64,000 bases of DNA from an uncultured candidate division Zixibacteria bacterium (GTDB taxonomy: Bacteria > Zixibacteria > MSB-5A5 > GN15 > FEB-12). This document shows positions 1-9,323 of the stretch, piece by piece. A program made the position numbers and the translations under genes. Numbering within the stretch: the first letter of the stretch is position 1; every line of letters begins with the position of its first letter. The notes below the pieces were generated by a model. The model saw only the letters and a list, made by a program, of their open reading frames with translations. It was not told where the DNA came from and made no database searches. The stretch lies in the NCBI GenBank assembly GCA_963664195.1, contig OY760907.1, positions 3,136,001-3,200,000 on the forward strand. Direction: 5' to 3'.

Positions 1-369
1 GTTGACTACATGGCTGAGCTGATGAGCAAGGCGGATCTTGCCTTTGGCGGTGGGGGCACAGCGACGTGGGAGCGGTGTTTTCTCGGATTGCCGTGTGTTA
101 CTATTGAAGTGGCGGACAACCAACGTATCATGCTTGAGGCGCTCGACAGGCAGGGGTCGATTCGACATCTGGGATATCATGGGAAAGTGACGCCGAAGAT
201 GATCGCAAGCGAGATGGACTTTTTGCTGGCTCGGCCAGAGACGGTGAAGTTGATGAGCGAGCAGGCGGTGAATCTCGTCGGAGACCCGGGTGGTGATGGA
301 CGATGTCCGGTCGTGAAGACGATTATGGGCTTCCCTGAGACTATCGGGAAGCGGATGCCGGAACAATGA
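1..369 (+). CDS. pseG: PseG-like UDP-sugar hydrolase, C-terminal part (truncated by window start)
   Basis: Frame is open from base 1. GT28-like C-terminal motifs ADLAFGGGG-TATWERCFLGLP and VADNQ; lies directly upstream of pseH and pseI. Confidence 0.8.
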   Translation, partial: VDYMAELMSKADLAFGGGGTATWERCFLGLPCVTIEVADNQRIMLEALDRQGSIRHLGYHGKVTPKMIASEMDFLLARPETVKLMSEQAVNLVGDPGGDGRCPVVKTIMGFPETIGKRMPEQ

Positions 370-409
370 CGTACTCGGGATGAGTACTTGATGTTGAGAG
401 GTTAGGGCT

Positions 410-985
410 ATGGAACTTAGATTTAGAAACATCACCGACGATGACCTTGAGATGATCATGAACTGGCGTACTATGCCAGAGGTCAGTGCGTACATGTACA
501 CCGATTTTGAGCCGGACATTGGAAAGCAACGGGCCTGGTTCAAGTCGGTAAGTGTAAACAACAAGCGGCTGGACTGGGTGATCGTTGTCGACGGTGAAGA
601 TGTCGGCCTGGTATCCATTGTCGGCATAGACCGTGTCAACCGACGGTGCGAATGGGCGTACTATCTGGCGTCCCCCAGCGTACGAGGCAAAGGGATCGGC
701 AAGAGTGTGGAAATGAATATGCTCGCGTATGTTTTTGAAACGCTTGATCTGAACAAGCTTTGCTGCGAAGTGTTCTGCTCAAACGAGATCGTTATCAAGA
801 TTCATGAGAAGTATGGCTCTGTCGTGGAGGGCACCCGCCGTCAGCATATCTTCAAAGATGGTCAATTTCACGATATCGTGCAGATGGGTATTCTGCGCGA
901 GGACTGGGAGAAGAATGTTAAGGGCAAGGTGGAGCACGTCAAGGCTGAGTTTGATACTCCGGACAAGGAGGCTCTGAATGGCTAG
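410..985 (+). CDS. pseH: PseH-like GNAT N-acyltransferase of the pseudaminic acid pathway
   Basis: RimJ/RimL-type GNAT (WRT.PEV..YMYTD, RGKGIG, KLCCEV, IHEKYG) between pseG and pseI. Confidence 0.8.
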   Translation: MELRFRNITDDDLEMIMNWRTMPEVSAYMYTDFEPDIGKQRAWFKSVSVNNKRLDWVIVVDGEDVGLVSIVGIDRVNRRCEWAYYLASPSVRGKGIGKSVEMNMLAYVFETLDLNKLCCEVFCSNEIVIKIHEKYGSVVEGTRRQHIFKDGQFHDIVQMGILREDWEKNVKGKVEHVKAEFDTPDKEALNG

Positions 986-1394
986 CAAGACGTATGATGA
1001 ACTGGCAGTCGGAGATGTTGCTGAGATGTCCAAGACGATTGCCGAATCCGATGTCTACCTCTACGCCGGTATTACGGGTGACATGAACCCTGCTCATACA
1101 AATGAAGTATGGGCACAAAACACTGTGTTTGAGAAGCGGATAGTGCACGGTATGTTGCTGTGTGGTCTGATCTCAGGAGTTCTTGGAAACCAAATCCCCG
1201 GCAACGGGACTATATATATGTCGCAGAGTGTGAAGTTTCTTGCTCCCGTGTATTTCGGAGATACAATCACCGCCCGGGTGGAGGTCACCGAGAAGAAGGA
1301 GAAAAAGCGTGTGGTGCTCAAGACTACTTGCACGAATCAGGACGGTGTCGTTGTGGTAGACGGCGAAGCACTGGTTTCGCCTCCCCGCAAGTGA
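978..1394 (+). CDS. MaoC/PhaJ-family (R)-specific enoyl-CoA hydratase
   Basis: Hot-dog hydratase motif GD.NP.H (GDMNPAH), IVHGML and F.APV..GD; overlaps the pseH stop. Confidence 0.88.
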   Translation: MASKTYDELAVGDVAEMSKTIAESDVYLYAGITGDMNPAHTNEVWAQNTVFEKRIVHGMLLCGLISGVLGNQIPGNGTIYMSQSVKFLAPVYFGDTITARVEVTEKKEKKRVVLKTTCTNQDGVVVVDGEALVSPPRK

Positions 1395-1423
1395 CTGAGA
1401 AGCCGAATAGTGGAGCAGGTTAT

Positions 1424-2467
1424 ATGAGAATCGGGAATCGCGAGATTGGGCCGGGGCGACCGCCTTTTGTTGTGGCAGAATTATCAGGCAATCACAACCA
1501 GTCGCTCGACCGTGCTCTGGAGCTTGTTGATGCTGCAGCCGATGCCGGTGCACATGGAGTCAAACTCCAGACGTATACCGCGGACACGATGACTTTGGAT
1601 ATTCGTGAGGGCGATTTTCTGATCTCGGATCCCGACAGTCTCTGGAAAGGTCGGACGCTGTACGATCTTTACGACGAAGCTCACACACCTTGGGACTGGC
1701 ACGGAGCGATTTTCAAACGATGCCATGAGAGGGGAATCATCGGGTTCAGCACGCCGTTCGATGCAACCGCCGTGGGGTTCCTTGAGGAGCTCGACGTTCC
1801 CTGCTACAAGATTGCCTCGTTTGAGAACACTGACCTTCCGTTGATTCGCAGAGTTGCTTCGACGGGCAAGCCGGTGATCATATCGACCGGAATGGCGACT
1901 GTGGATGAGTTGGGGGAGACAGTGGATGCCGTCCGCAAGGCTGGATGCACCGACCTGTTGTTCCTTAAGTGCACGAGCGCGTATCCGGCGCGTCCCGATG
2001 CTGCGAATCTACGCACGATTGCCGATCTGCGCGAGAGGTTTGACGTGGAGGTCGGTCTGTCGGATCACACTATGGGGTTGGGAGTGTCATTGGCGGCAGT
2101 CGCACTTGGTGCGACATTCATCGAAAAGCACTTCACGTTGTCGCGTGCCGACGGTGGAGTGGATTCGGCCTTTTCGCTTGAGCCTGAAGAGATGAAAGCG
2201 CTTGTTGAGGAGTCAGAGAAGGCATGGGAGTCTCTGGGCACGGTCAGTTACGAACTGACGGAAAAAGAGAAGAAGTCCATTGCGTTCAGACGATCGTTGT
2301 ATTTTGTCCGCGATTTGCAGGCCGGAGCGGTGTTGACCGAGGGTGACTTTCGTGCCATACGTCCCGGCGCCGGACTGTCACCGAAACACTTCGACGAACT
2401 GCTAGGCAAGAGACTGAAGGCAGATGTGACGATGGGAACACCGGTCTCTATGGATATTGTTGAGTGA
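1424..2467 (+). CDS. pseI: Pseudaminic acid synthase (NeuB family with SAF domain)
   Basis: AELSGNHNQS, KLQTYTADT, KIASFE, GLSDHT, EKHFTL, C-terminal RRSLY and IRPG. Start moved to ATG 1424 (MRIGNREIG). Confidence 0.93.
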   Translation: MRIGNREIGPGRPPFVVAELSGNHNQSLDRALELVDAAADAGAHGVKLQTYTADTMTLDIREGDFLISDPDSLWKGRTLYDLYDEAHTPWDWHGAIFKRCHERGIIGFSTPFDATAVGFLEELDVPCYKIASFENTDLPLIRRVASTGKPVIISTGMATVDELGETVDAVRKAGCTDLLFLKCTSAYPARPDAANLRTIADLRERFDVEVGLSDHTMGLGVSLAAVALGATFIEKHFTLSRADGGVDSAFSLEPEEMKALVEESEKAWESLGTVSYELTEKEKKSIAFRRSLYFVRDLQAGAVLTEGDFRAIRPGAGLSPKHFDELLGKRLKADVTMGTPVSMDIVE

Positions 2468-2617
2468 AGAATCTGTTCGGTAATTCTCAGACCGTCTTCT
2501 GCTGGATTAGGAAGCATATGCGGACATTTTGCAGTTGTGTGGTCTGTGTGCCAAGGTTTGTCTACGTGCTGACTATCGTTCGTCAGATGTCTTGTCATCG
2601 CCACACGGGGACAGCAT

Positions 2618-3922
2618 ATGCGACATGATGGAAGAATCACACAGCTTCTCAAGGAGCTGTTTCGTAGAGTTGTTCCTCGGGGAACGGTTCGTCGAATCTA
2701 CAGACAAATGGTCTTGGACTACATAGGCGGCTTGTCTCCCGAATACGATCCCTCGCGCAAGACGATCCTCGCGATCAACCACTACTACGATCAGGATCTT
2801 CGGGCCCTACAAAACGCGAACACGCGGTTCAATTTCGTGGTTGTGGATTTTGAAGTTCTGTTCAAGATCGGACGACTCTACTTCTCGAAGCCCGTCAGGG
2901 AAATGATGGCGCCTTACGATGAGGAACCGGCGGAGATTCGCGAGGGCTACAGGGACGAATGCCGTGTGATGTTCCACGACCTGCGCAGACGATTCCAGCC
3001 CGACGTCATCCTGACTCCGAGCGATAGCTTTGCGTTCATTCGTGAGTTTATAGCGGTCGGCCATGAAAACAATATCGGCACGGTTGTGTACGACAAGGAG
3101 GGGACGCTTTCTCCGTACGGCTTCAGGGCTGTTGCGGACTGGAAAAAACGGTTTGCTCCCCACATATCGGACAACGTGCTGGTCTGGAGCGAGCGCCAAC
3201 GAGAGTTTTATGAGTCGATTGGTGTTGCTCATGAGGATATAGCAATTGTGGGGCAGGCCAGATCTGATCTGTTCTTCACTGAGCACAAGAAGGATATTGA
3301 CAGTTACTTTCCCAAAGAACAACCGTTGATAGGTATCTTCACCTACCATGATACCGCCTACATACCTCGCGAACTGGTCTCGGAAGGGGTGTCCTGGCGA
3401 CAGCAGAAGATGGACACGCTTGATGACATGTTGGCTGCCGCAAAGGAGCATCCTGAGTTCAATTTCCTCGTCAAGGCTCATCCTCAGCAGTTAGATATAA
3501 AGGACCTCCAGAAGCGTTATGAATTGGAGAATCTGAAGGTGATTGGAGGAGCCGCTATAGCCAATGAGCTGATACAACGGTCGGAACTGATCGTAGCTTT
3601 TCAAACGACCTCAGTGACCGAGGCTATGTTCATGAACAAGCGGGTGATCTACACCGCATGGGATGCGAATTGCGCTACGCTTCAGCACGAACTTGTGCCC
3701 TTCCACGCGGCCAGGGGCATCATCATTGCCGAGTCGCGGAGACAATTCAAGGAAGTCTGCGACCGATTCTTTGCCGGCGATGTCAGCGACTTTGAGTTCT
3801 CACCCGAGGAAATCGCGGCGCGGGATGAGTTTGTGAATGCCCACCTGTATAGGCCTGACGGTCATGTTGCTGAAAGAGTACTTGACGAATTGGACAGGTT
3901 TCTCACCAGAGAGTCTCAATGA
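2618..3922 (+). CDS. GT-B fold glycosyl/glycerophosphotransferase-like protein; candidate nonulosonic acid transferase
   Basis: WSERQRE, GQARSD, KAHP and T..EAM motifs resemble CDP-glycerol/CMP-sugar transferases; follows pseI. Confidence 0.55.
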   Translation: MRHDGRITQLLKELFRRVVPRGTVRRIYRQMVLDYIGGLSPEYDPSRKTILAINHYYDQDLRALQNANTRFNFVVVDFEVLFKIGRLYFSKPVREMMAPYDEEPAEIREGYRDECRVMFHDLRRRFQPDVILTPSDSFAFIREFIAVGHENNIGTVVYDKEGTLSPYGFRAVADWKKRFAPHISDNVLVWSERQREFYESIGVAHEDIAIVGQARSDLFFTEHKKDIDSYFPKEQPLIGIFTYHDTAYIPRELVSEGVSWRQQKMDTLDDMLAAAKEHPEFNFLVKAHPQQLDIKDLQKRYELENLKVIGGAAIANELIQRSELIVAFQTTSVTEAMFMNKRVIYTAWDANCATLQHELVPFHAARGIIIAESRRQFKEVCDRFFAGDVSDFEFSPEEIAARDEFVNAHLYRPDGHVAERVLDELDRFLTRESQ

Positions 3923-3932
3923 TAGATCGACT

Positions 3933-5474
3933 ATGATCGAATCCAGCGCTATATATGTGAAAGATGTATTCATCAATCCGTTCCAGGTGCACGTGGAGAT
4001 ACACGATTCGCCCGTCGAGATACACGGCAACGATCTGTTGTTCGGCTTTCCTCTTTGTGAGGAGCCTCTCTTGAGAGATCGCGTCTCCGGTGTGCAGGAT
4101 GTCCTGAGTACGGCGCGGGGTCGTCTCGCGTGTGTAACTGTGACGGATCGTTACGTGTCGGTGGCCACGGACATCGTTGGGAGTTATCGCCTCTATTTCT
4201 GCCAGATCGGGCAGGACATTTACATTTCAGACACCTATAGGCCGTTGCTGGAGCGTATGAAAAAGGACTCGCCGCTCGCTCTTGACCGACATGAACACCA
4301 ATACTGGCAACGTCACGGTTACACTACCGGTGGGTCGACCCTCGTGCCGGGTTTGCACAAAGTGCCACCGGCCTCGATCTTGGAGATCAGTGCAGCCGGG
4401 GTTGCAATTCGATCGTATTTTGCTGACGATGCCAATGATCCTGACCCGGTAGCCCACTGTCAGGCATTTGAAAGTGAACTCCAGCAGACGATTTACCTTC
4501 TGTCCAGGACGGAACGCAAAGCTGTACTGTGTTTCTCAGGAGGCGCTGATTCTACGTTGTTGGCGGTGATGATGAAAGAGCAGGGGGTCGATTATGACCT
4601 CGTCTTCTTCAGGCCGGTTCCATCGATTGCAGTCAATGAGTCCGATCTAATCAGGGCGAAGATCGTGGCCGATCAACTGGGCAAAGAACTTGTCGAAATC
4701 GAAGTGTTGTTGACTCCCAAAGTCGAAAGATATCGGCCGGTTGTCAGACAAATGCTCTTTGACAGACATTTTGCCGTACTTCATTTCGAAGCGCTGCGAA
4801 AAGTGAGAGATATCTACGGGACCGGCATTCTTGTGGTGAATGGCCAGGGGAGTGATTCAATTCTGTCCTTTGGTCCCTCTATGCCTAACAAAGGCGATCT
4901 TGCTGCTCGGTTGTTGCTGAACAAGCCGTTCGGTTGGTTGGCTCGCATGGCGGCTCTGTCGGTACGGTTGAAATTCGGTCAGCCCTGCCGTATACCCGGG
5001 AATCGAGACGAGTTTCGAGCTGCGTTCTTTGATCAGAAGGGATACTTCACCGTTATAGAGCCGGAGCTGTCTCGCGGTTATCGGAAGTTCATACACGAGA
5101 TCATCACGGATCTGGCTTCGAGGTTTGAGCATGAGGCGTCACTGTTGATGTACCTTAAAGTGTACGGGTTCATTCAGGGGAGTGATTTGCAGGTTGTGAT
5201 CCGGTCCGCCTGTGCGGCCGGATTGAAATCGACAGTGCTGCCGTTTGCCACGCCCGGTGTGATTCAAAGTACGATCAGGCTCAGGGATTCGTCGAAGGAT
5301 GTCTTCCATCCTAAGTACGCAATCCAGAGAGCTCTGGAGAACCGGGGATACTCGGCGCCAACGACAAGATCGACGGCTCCTCGGTCAGAGGCGAACTGGT
5401 TCGATAGACTCAGTAAGGGGCTGGACCGACTATACGCCGAGGAAGTCGAGGCTTTGTTTGCCGCGCAGGCATAG
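3933..5474 (+). CDS. Asparagine synthetase-like amide ligase (polysaccharide modification)
   Basis: PP-loop FSGGADS, NGQGSD (GEGADE-like) and N-terminal D..G...LYF. No N-terminal Cys at the likely start ATG 3933. Confidence 0.7.
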   Translation: MIESSAIYVKDVFINPFQVHVEIHDSPVEIHGNDLLFGFPLCEEPLLRDRVSGVQDVLSTARGRLACVTVTDRYVSVATDIVGSYRLYFCQIGQDIYISDTYRPLLERMKKDSPLALDRHEHQYWQRHGYTTGGSTLVPGLHKVPPASILEISAAGVAIRSYFADDANDPDPVAHCQAFESELQQTIYLLSRTERKAVLCFSGGADSTLLAVMMKEQGVDYDLVFFRPVPSIAVNESDLIRAKIVADQLGKELVEIEVLLTPKVERYRPVVRQMLFDRHFAVLHFEALRKVRDIYGTGILVVNGQGSDSILSFGPSMPNKGDLAARLLLNKPFGWLARMAALSVRLKFGQPCRIPGNRDEFRAAFFDQKGYFTVIEPELSRGYRKFIHEIITDLASRFEHEASLLMYLKVYGFIQGSDLQVVIRSACAAGLKSTVLPFATPGVIQSTIRLRDSSKDVFHPKYAIQRALENRGYSAPTTRSTAPRSEANWFDRLSKGLDRLYAEEVEALFAAQA

Positions 5475-5486
5475 GATCGGATACGA

Positions 5487-7019
5487 ATGAAACGACTCTT
5501 CAACAACACGCTGATGACACTGTTCGACTACTGCGTATTGGTCGTCCTCAGTATCATCGCAACGCCAATCCTTATCGAGAACTTCGGTGTGGATGGTTAC
5601 GGCGCGTTTGTGTTCTTGAGTATTTTCAGCATCTATGGAGCCCTTGCTGTGTTCGATCTGGGCATGGAAGGTGCCCTGATGAACTACACGGCCAGGTTTG
5701 AAGTTGCCGGCGATCATCAGAAGATGCAGGACGCCCTTGCCGTGACCATTGTCTATTACGGGTTGATAGGTGCTGTGCTCGGTGTGGCGCTTCACTTCGT
5801 GGCCGGTTTTGTCGCATCGCACCTTCTGAAAGACGGCTCGACAGTCAGTGTGGATTCTGTTCTTGCGGCGATCAATGTCGTTTCCTGGGTGGTGTTTCTC
5901 CAGTACCTTTCGGTGCCACTCACGGCTGCCTTGCAGGGCATGCGGAAGTATGTCATCACCAAGACGGTCAATTCGGTGATGAATCTGATCCGGTACACTC
6001 TGCTGATTGCTGTTGCCGTATTGACTCGTCGGATTGATCTGGCATTCATGATTGTGCTTGCAATGACAGTCGTTCGAATACTCATTCTCCTGTACTACAT
6101 TCTGGCGAGATCGCCCCAGTACAGCGGGATGCGACTGCGTGTAGATATGGCGGTGTTCCGCACGCTGTTTTCGTACAGCTCAATCCTGTTTGTTACGAGG
6201 ATTATCGGGCTCATTCACAACCAGTTGCCCAAGGTACTAATCTGGTACTACATGGCGGTTGCAGTAATAACTACGTATGATGTTGTGGCGCGTCCCTCGA
6301 TGATGCTGCGCGTTGTTTTCGGCGTAATTACTGCGGCGGTGATTCCCGAAGTTGCAATGCTGCACGAACGCAAGGATACGACTGCCATCTTCTCGCTATA
6401 CAAGAATCTAATTCGCTATGCCTATCTTATCATTCTGCCCCTCTTGGCAGTTTTGTTCGCCCATATCGATACGTTGCTGTCTGTTTGGGTGGGGGAGGCG
6501 TTTGAATCAGATTCATACCTGGCTCTGATTCTTCTGGCAGTCTATCTTGTCATACCCGCACCGGCAATTGCCAGCACCATGGTCGTGGGGTTGGAACAGG
6601 TCCGTCAGACGATCTGGATTCCGATCGTCGCCACCGTGATCAATGTCGTCCTTTCAATAATCCTGCTTCAGCATATCGGCCTCGCCGGACTACTGATCGC
6701 ATCGTTGTGTGCACAGGCGTTCAATGTTGTGCCTTACGTGAGATTCATGAAACGATTCCTGGGCTTCTCGTATCGGGACATAGTTCTTCCCGTGCTGCCG
6801 GCATGGGGACTGGCACTCGGGTTCTACTTTCTGAACCTGTTAGTGAGATTTGTCGGAGCGAGACATCACATTGTGTTGCTGGCAATTGCGGGTTGTCTGG
6901 CTCTGGTCAACTATGGGCTGTACTATTGGTTTTTGTTGTCCTCCGAGGAAAGGGCTTTCCTATGGGAACGCTTTGGGAAAGTCGCAGTCCGCCTGAGGGG
7001 TGCGTCAGGAGCGAACTGA
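5487..7019 (+). CDS. wzx: Wzx-type oligosaccharide flippase
   Basis: About 14 hydrophobic segments; FG..GYG and FDLG motifs of the MOP/PST family; inside the polysaccharide locus. Confidence 0.85.
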   Translation: MKRLFNNTLMTLFDYCVLVVLSIIATPILIENFGVDGYGAFVFLSIFSIYGALAVFDLGMEGALMNYTARFEVAGDHQKMQDALAVTIVYYGLIGAVLGVALHFVAGFVASHLLKDGSTVSVDSVLAAINVVSWVVFLQYLSVPLTAALQGMRKYVITKTVNSVMNLIRYTLLIAVAVLTRRIDLAFMIVLAMTVVRILILLYYILARSPQYSGMRLRVDMAVFRTLFSYSSILFVTRIIGLIHNQLPKVLIWYYMAVAVITTYDVVARPSMMLRVVFGVITAAVIPEVAMLHERKDTTAIFSLYKNLIRYAYLIILPLLAVLFAHIDTLLSVWVGEAFESDSYLALILLAVYLVIPAPAIASTMVVGLEQVRQTIWIPIVATVINVVLSIILLQHIGLAGLLIASLCAQAFNVVPYVRFMKRFLGFSYRDIVLPVLPAWGLALGFYFLNLLVRFVGARHHIVLLAIAGCLALVNYGLYYWFLLSSEERAFLWERFGKVAVRLRGASGAN

Positions 7020-7160
7020 CTCAATTCCCCAAGGCAGGGGAGTTGAGATTCTTGTTGCGTCACAACGGGAACCGCTTTAGTGTGAATAGCTTATGTGCGT
7101 TTTTAACTTCGGTGGCAGATGTGAGAAGGGCACCCCGGCAAAGATCGGGATACCAAGGTG

Positions 7161-7883
7161 ATGATGAGAACACTGATATTGTTGGCAATCGCTATAGTCC
7201 CGTTCAATCGGCTCAGGATCCTCCTGTACAGATCGATTTGTGGATACGATATTTCGTACGACTGCCGTATCGGATTGATGAACCTTTTTAGCGTGAAAGA
7301 CTGCAGTATGGAGGGAGCGGTCATCGGGATTCTTAATCAGATCAAGGTCGAGAAGTTGGTTATGTCCCCAGGGGCAAGCATTGGCAGATTCAATAAGATC
7401 AAGAACGTCAAGAATGTTGCTATGGGGAAAAACGCGGTCGTCAATAATCGCAACAGTATAATGGGTACACCGGCCGGTCTAACGCCCTACAAAGAGTTTG
7501 AAAACTTCTCTCTGGGTCAGGACAGCATAGTGGTGGCAATGCACTACTTCGATCTGTCTGATTCGATCACTATAGGCAGAAATGTGACCATCGGCGGTCG
7601 CAGCACTGAGATATGGACACACGGTTTTGATCTTAATCACGTTAAGATTCAAGCGCCAGTTGAAATCGGAAACGATGTCTACATGGGGTCTCGCTGTTCG
7701 GTGATGCCCGGTGTGACGATTGCTGACAGAGTTTCGATTGGCTCCGGGACTCTGATCCCGAAGAGTGTTACGGAGTCGGGGTACTATGTGTCCTCACAAC
7801 TGATCCGCAAGGGGGATGTGGCAGATTTCACCGAGGAGCCGGGAGTTGTCACGCACAATGGTTACAGGTTTTTGCGAAAGTAG
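7161..7883 (+). CDS. Left-handed beta-helix (hexapeptide) acyltransferase
   Basis: ITIGRNVTIG, WTHG and VEIGNDVYMGS...PGVTI hexapeptide repeats. Confidence 0.82.
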   Translation: MMRTLILLAIAIVPFNRLRILLYRSICGYDISYDCRIGLMNLFSVKDCSMEGAVIGILNQIKVEKLVMSPGASIGRFNKIKNVKNVAMGKNAVVNNRNSIMGTPAGLTPYKEFENFSLGQDSIVVAMHYFDLSDSITIGRNVTIGGRSTEIWTHGFDLNHVKIQAPVEIGNDVYMGSRCSVMPGVTIADRVSIGSGTLIPKSVTESGYYVSSQLIRKGDVADFTEEPGVVTHNGYRFLRK

Positions 7884-7919
7884 GAGAGACCTGCGCATCA
7901 ACAGGCGTGTGTTATCGCG

Positions 7920-9323
7920 ATGAAGAAGAACCTCGCATTCATCTCGTTGTTCGGATTGACCGAACTCTATCAGGCAATAGCAAGGAAGCTTGAGCCGGAA
8001 GGGTTTTCTGTCTATTGGATTACGACCAATCAATGCTGGACTCACACGTTGTCAGAGAGTGGCATTCCGCGAGACAAGATTCTGGAACTTGTGTATAGCA
8101 GATCGGACTTTCTGTCCGACGAAACCAAGAGCCAGCTTGCGCCTGAAATCGCCCGATGCGAGGAATTGTGCGATCTCACCGTGAATCAGGTGCTGTTAAT
8201 GGACCGGTTCATCTCGGACAAGTACTTTCCCGCTATTGGCGACTATGTGGCTTTGCATTACCGGGACATTAAACGGTTTCTGACCGATCACAAGATCGAT
8301 TGTGTCTTTGCCGAACCTACCAACATGAACGATTTGCTTACTTACATGATCTGTCGCGAACTGGACATTGACTACGTGTCTCCGCGCGATATGAGAATAC
8401 CTGCGGGACACATGGTGTTTTTCGAGGGGTATCAGCAGGAACGTATTGTTCCGCGCTCCGGGGGCGGGCCGGATATCAACGGACGGGAGTTCATCGAGGA
8501 GTTTGCGGAAAAACGCTCCACGCCGTTCTATTTTGAGAAGTTCAAGACGAAGCGTGTGATATATCCGGGGAAGATTTTTAAGGCGATCGGGAGGCGCATC
8601 CAGGCCGCTCGTGTTCTCAAACAGGCCAGCCTTACTCACTACGACGCCTGGGGGAGAGTCAAGCTTACTGCTCGCCGCACGATTGGTTCGTTCTACCTAA
8701 GAAGGATCTGTAAGTACGACCAATTGGCTGATATCCAGGGCAAGATCGCCTACTACGGTCTCCATGTGCAGCCGGAAAACGCGGTCGATGTCCTTGGCTC
8801 CTATCGAAGTGATCAGTTGAAGCTGATCAAGGATATCAGGCGTGCTCTGCCTGTTGATGCCACTCTGGTGATAAAAGAACATCCAAACTTCCTCGGCCAG
8901 AGAACGAGGAGATTCTTCACAGAGCTACGGAACATTCCGAATGTGAAACTCCTGAGGCATGATGTCTCGTCGTTTGACGTTTACAGTCGCGCAGGCCTTG
9001 TGGTTACGATCTCCGGGACGATGGCCTACGAGGCTGGTTTACTCGGGATACCCGCAGTAACCTTGAGCCCGATGTATTTTGGTGGGTTGTCATCCGTGCA
9101 TTACTGCTCTTCACTCGGTGACCTGAAGGAGTTGACGCATCGGCTATTGCAGGGGACTGAACGGGACCAAGATGCGGATTGTGCGGAGATCGAGAGGTTA
9201 GTGGGGCATTCATACAAGGCCTGGTGGAGCGATCCGTACTTCGATCGTTCCTCTTTGTCTGAAGAAAACGTAGATAACCTTGCGCGGGCTTTCCGCACGA
9301 TGCTTTCCGATGATACTCATTAA
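7920..9323 (+). CDS. KpsS-like capsule biosynthesis glycosyltransferase (CMP-ulosonic acid transferase-like)
   Basis: LHVQPE..D, IKEHP and VTISGT..YEA motifs typical of the Capsule_synth/KpsS family. Confidence 0.72.
   Translation: MKKNLAFISLFGLTELYQAIARKLEPEGFSVYWITTNQCWTHTLSESGIPRDKILELVYSRSDFLSDETKSQLAPEIARCEELCDLTVNQVLLMDRFISDKYFPAIGDYVALHYRDIKRFLTDHKIDCVFAEPTNMNDLLTYMICRELDIDYVSPRDMRIPAGHMVFFEGYQQERIVPRSGGGPDINGREFIEEFAEKRSTPFYFEKFKTKRVIYPGKIFKAIGRRIQAARVLKQASLTHYDAWGRVKLTARRTIGSFYLRRICKYDQLADIQGKIAYYGLHVQPENAVDVLGSYRSDQLKLIKDIRRALPVDATLVIKEHPNFLGQRTRRFFTELRNIPNVKLLRHDVSSFDVYSRAGLVVTISGTMAYEAGLLGIPAVTLSPMYFGGLSSVHYCSSLGDLKELTHRLLQGTERDQDADCAEIERLVGHSYKAWWSDPYFDRSSLSEENVDNLARAFRTMLSDDTH

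Noticed and set aside
1160..1423. N-terminal extensions in the ORF track (pseI from 1160; also 3837, 9280, 10571, 25532, 47154, 48388, 53981, 56513, 63266)
   Set aside because: They overlap upstream genes or lack family similarity; later starts fit better.
6707..7291. 194-aa ORF across the wzx/acyltransferase junction
   Set aside because: Out of frame over two well-supported genes and has no motifs.
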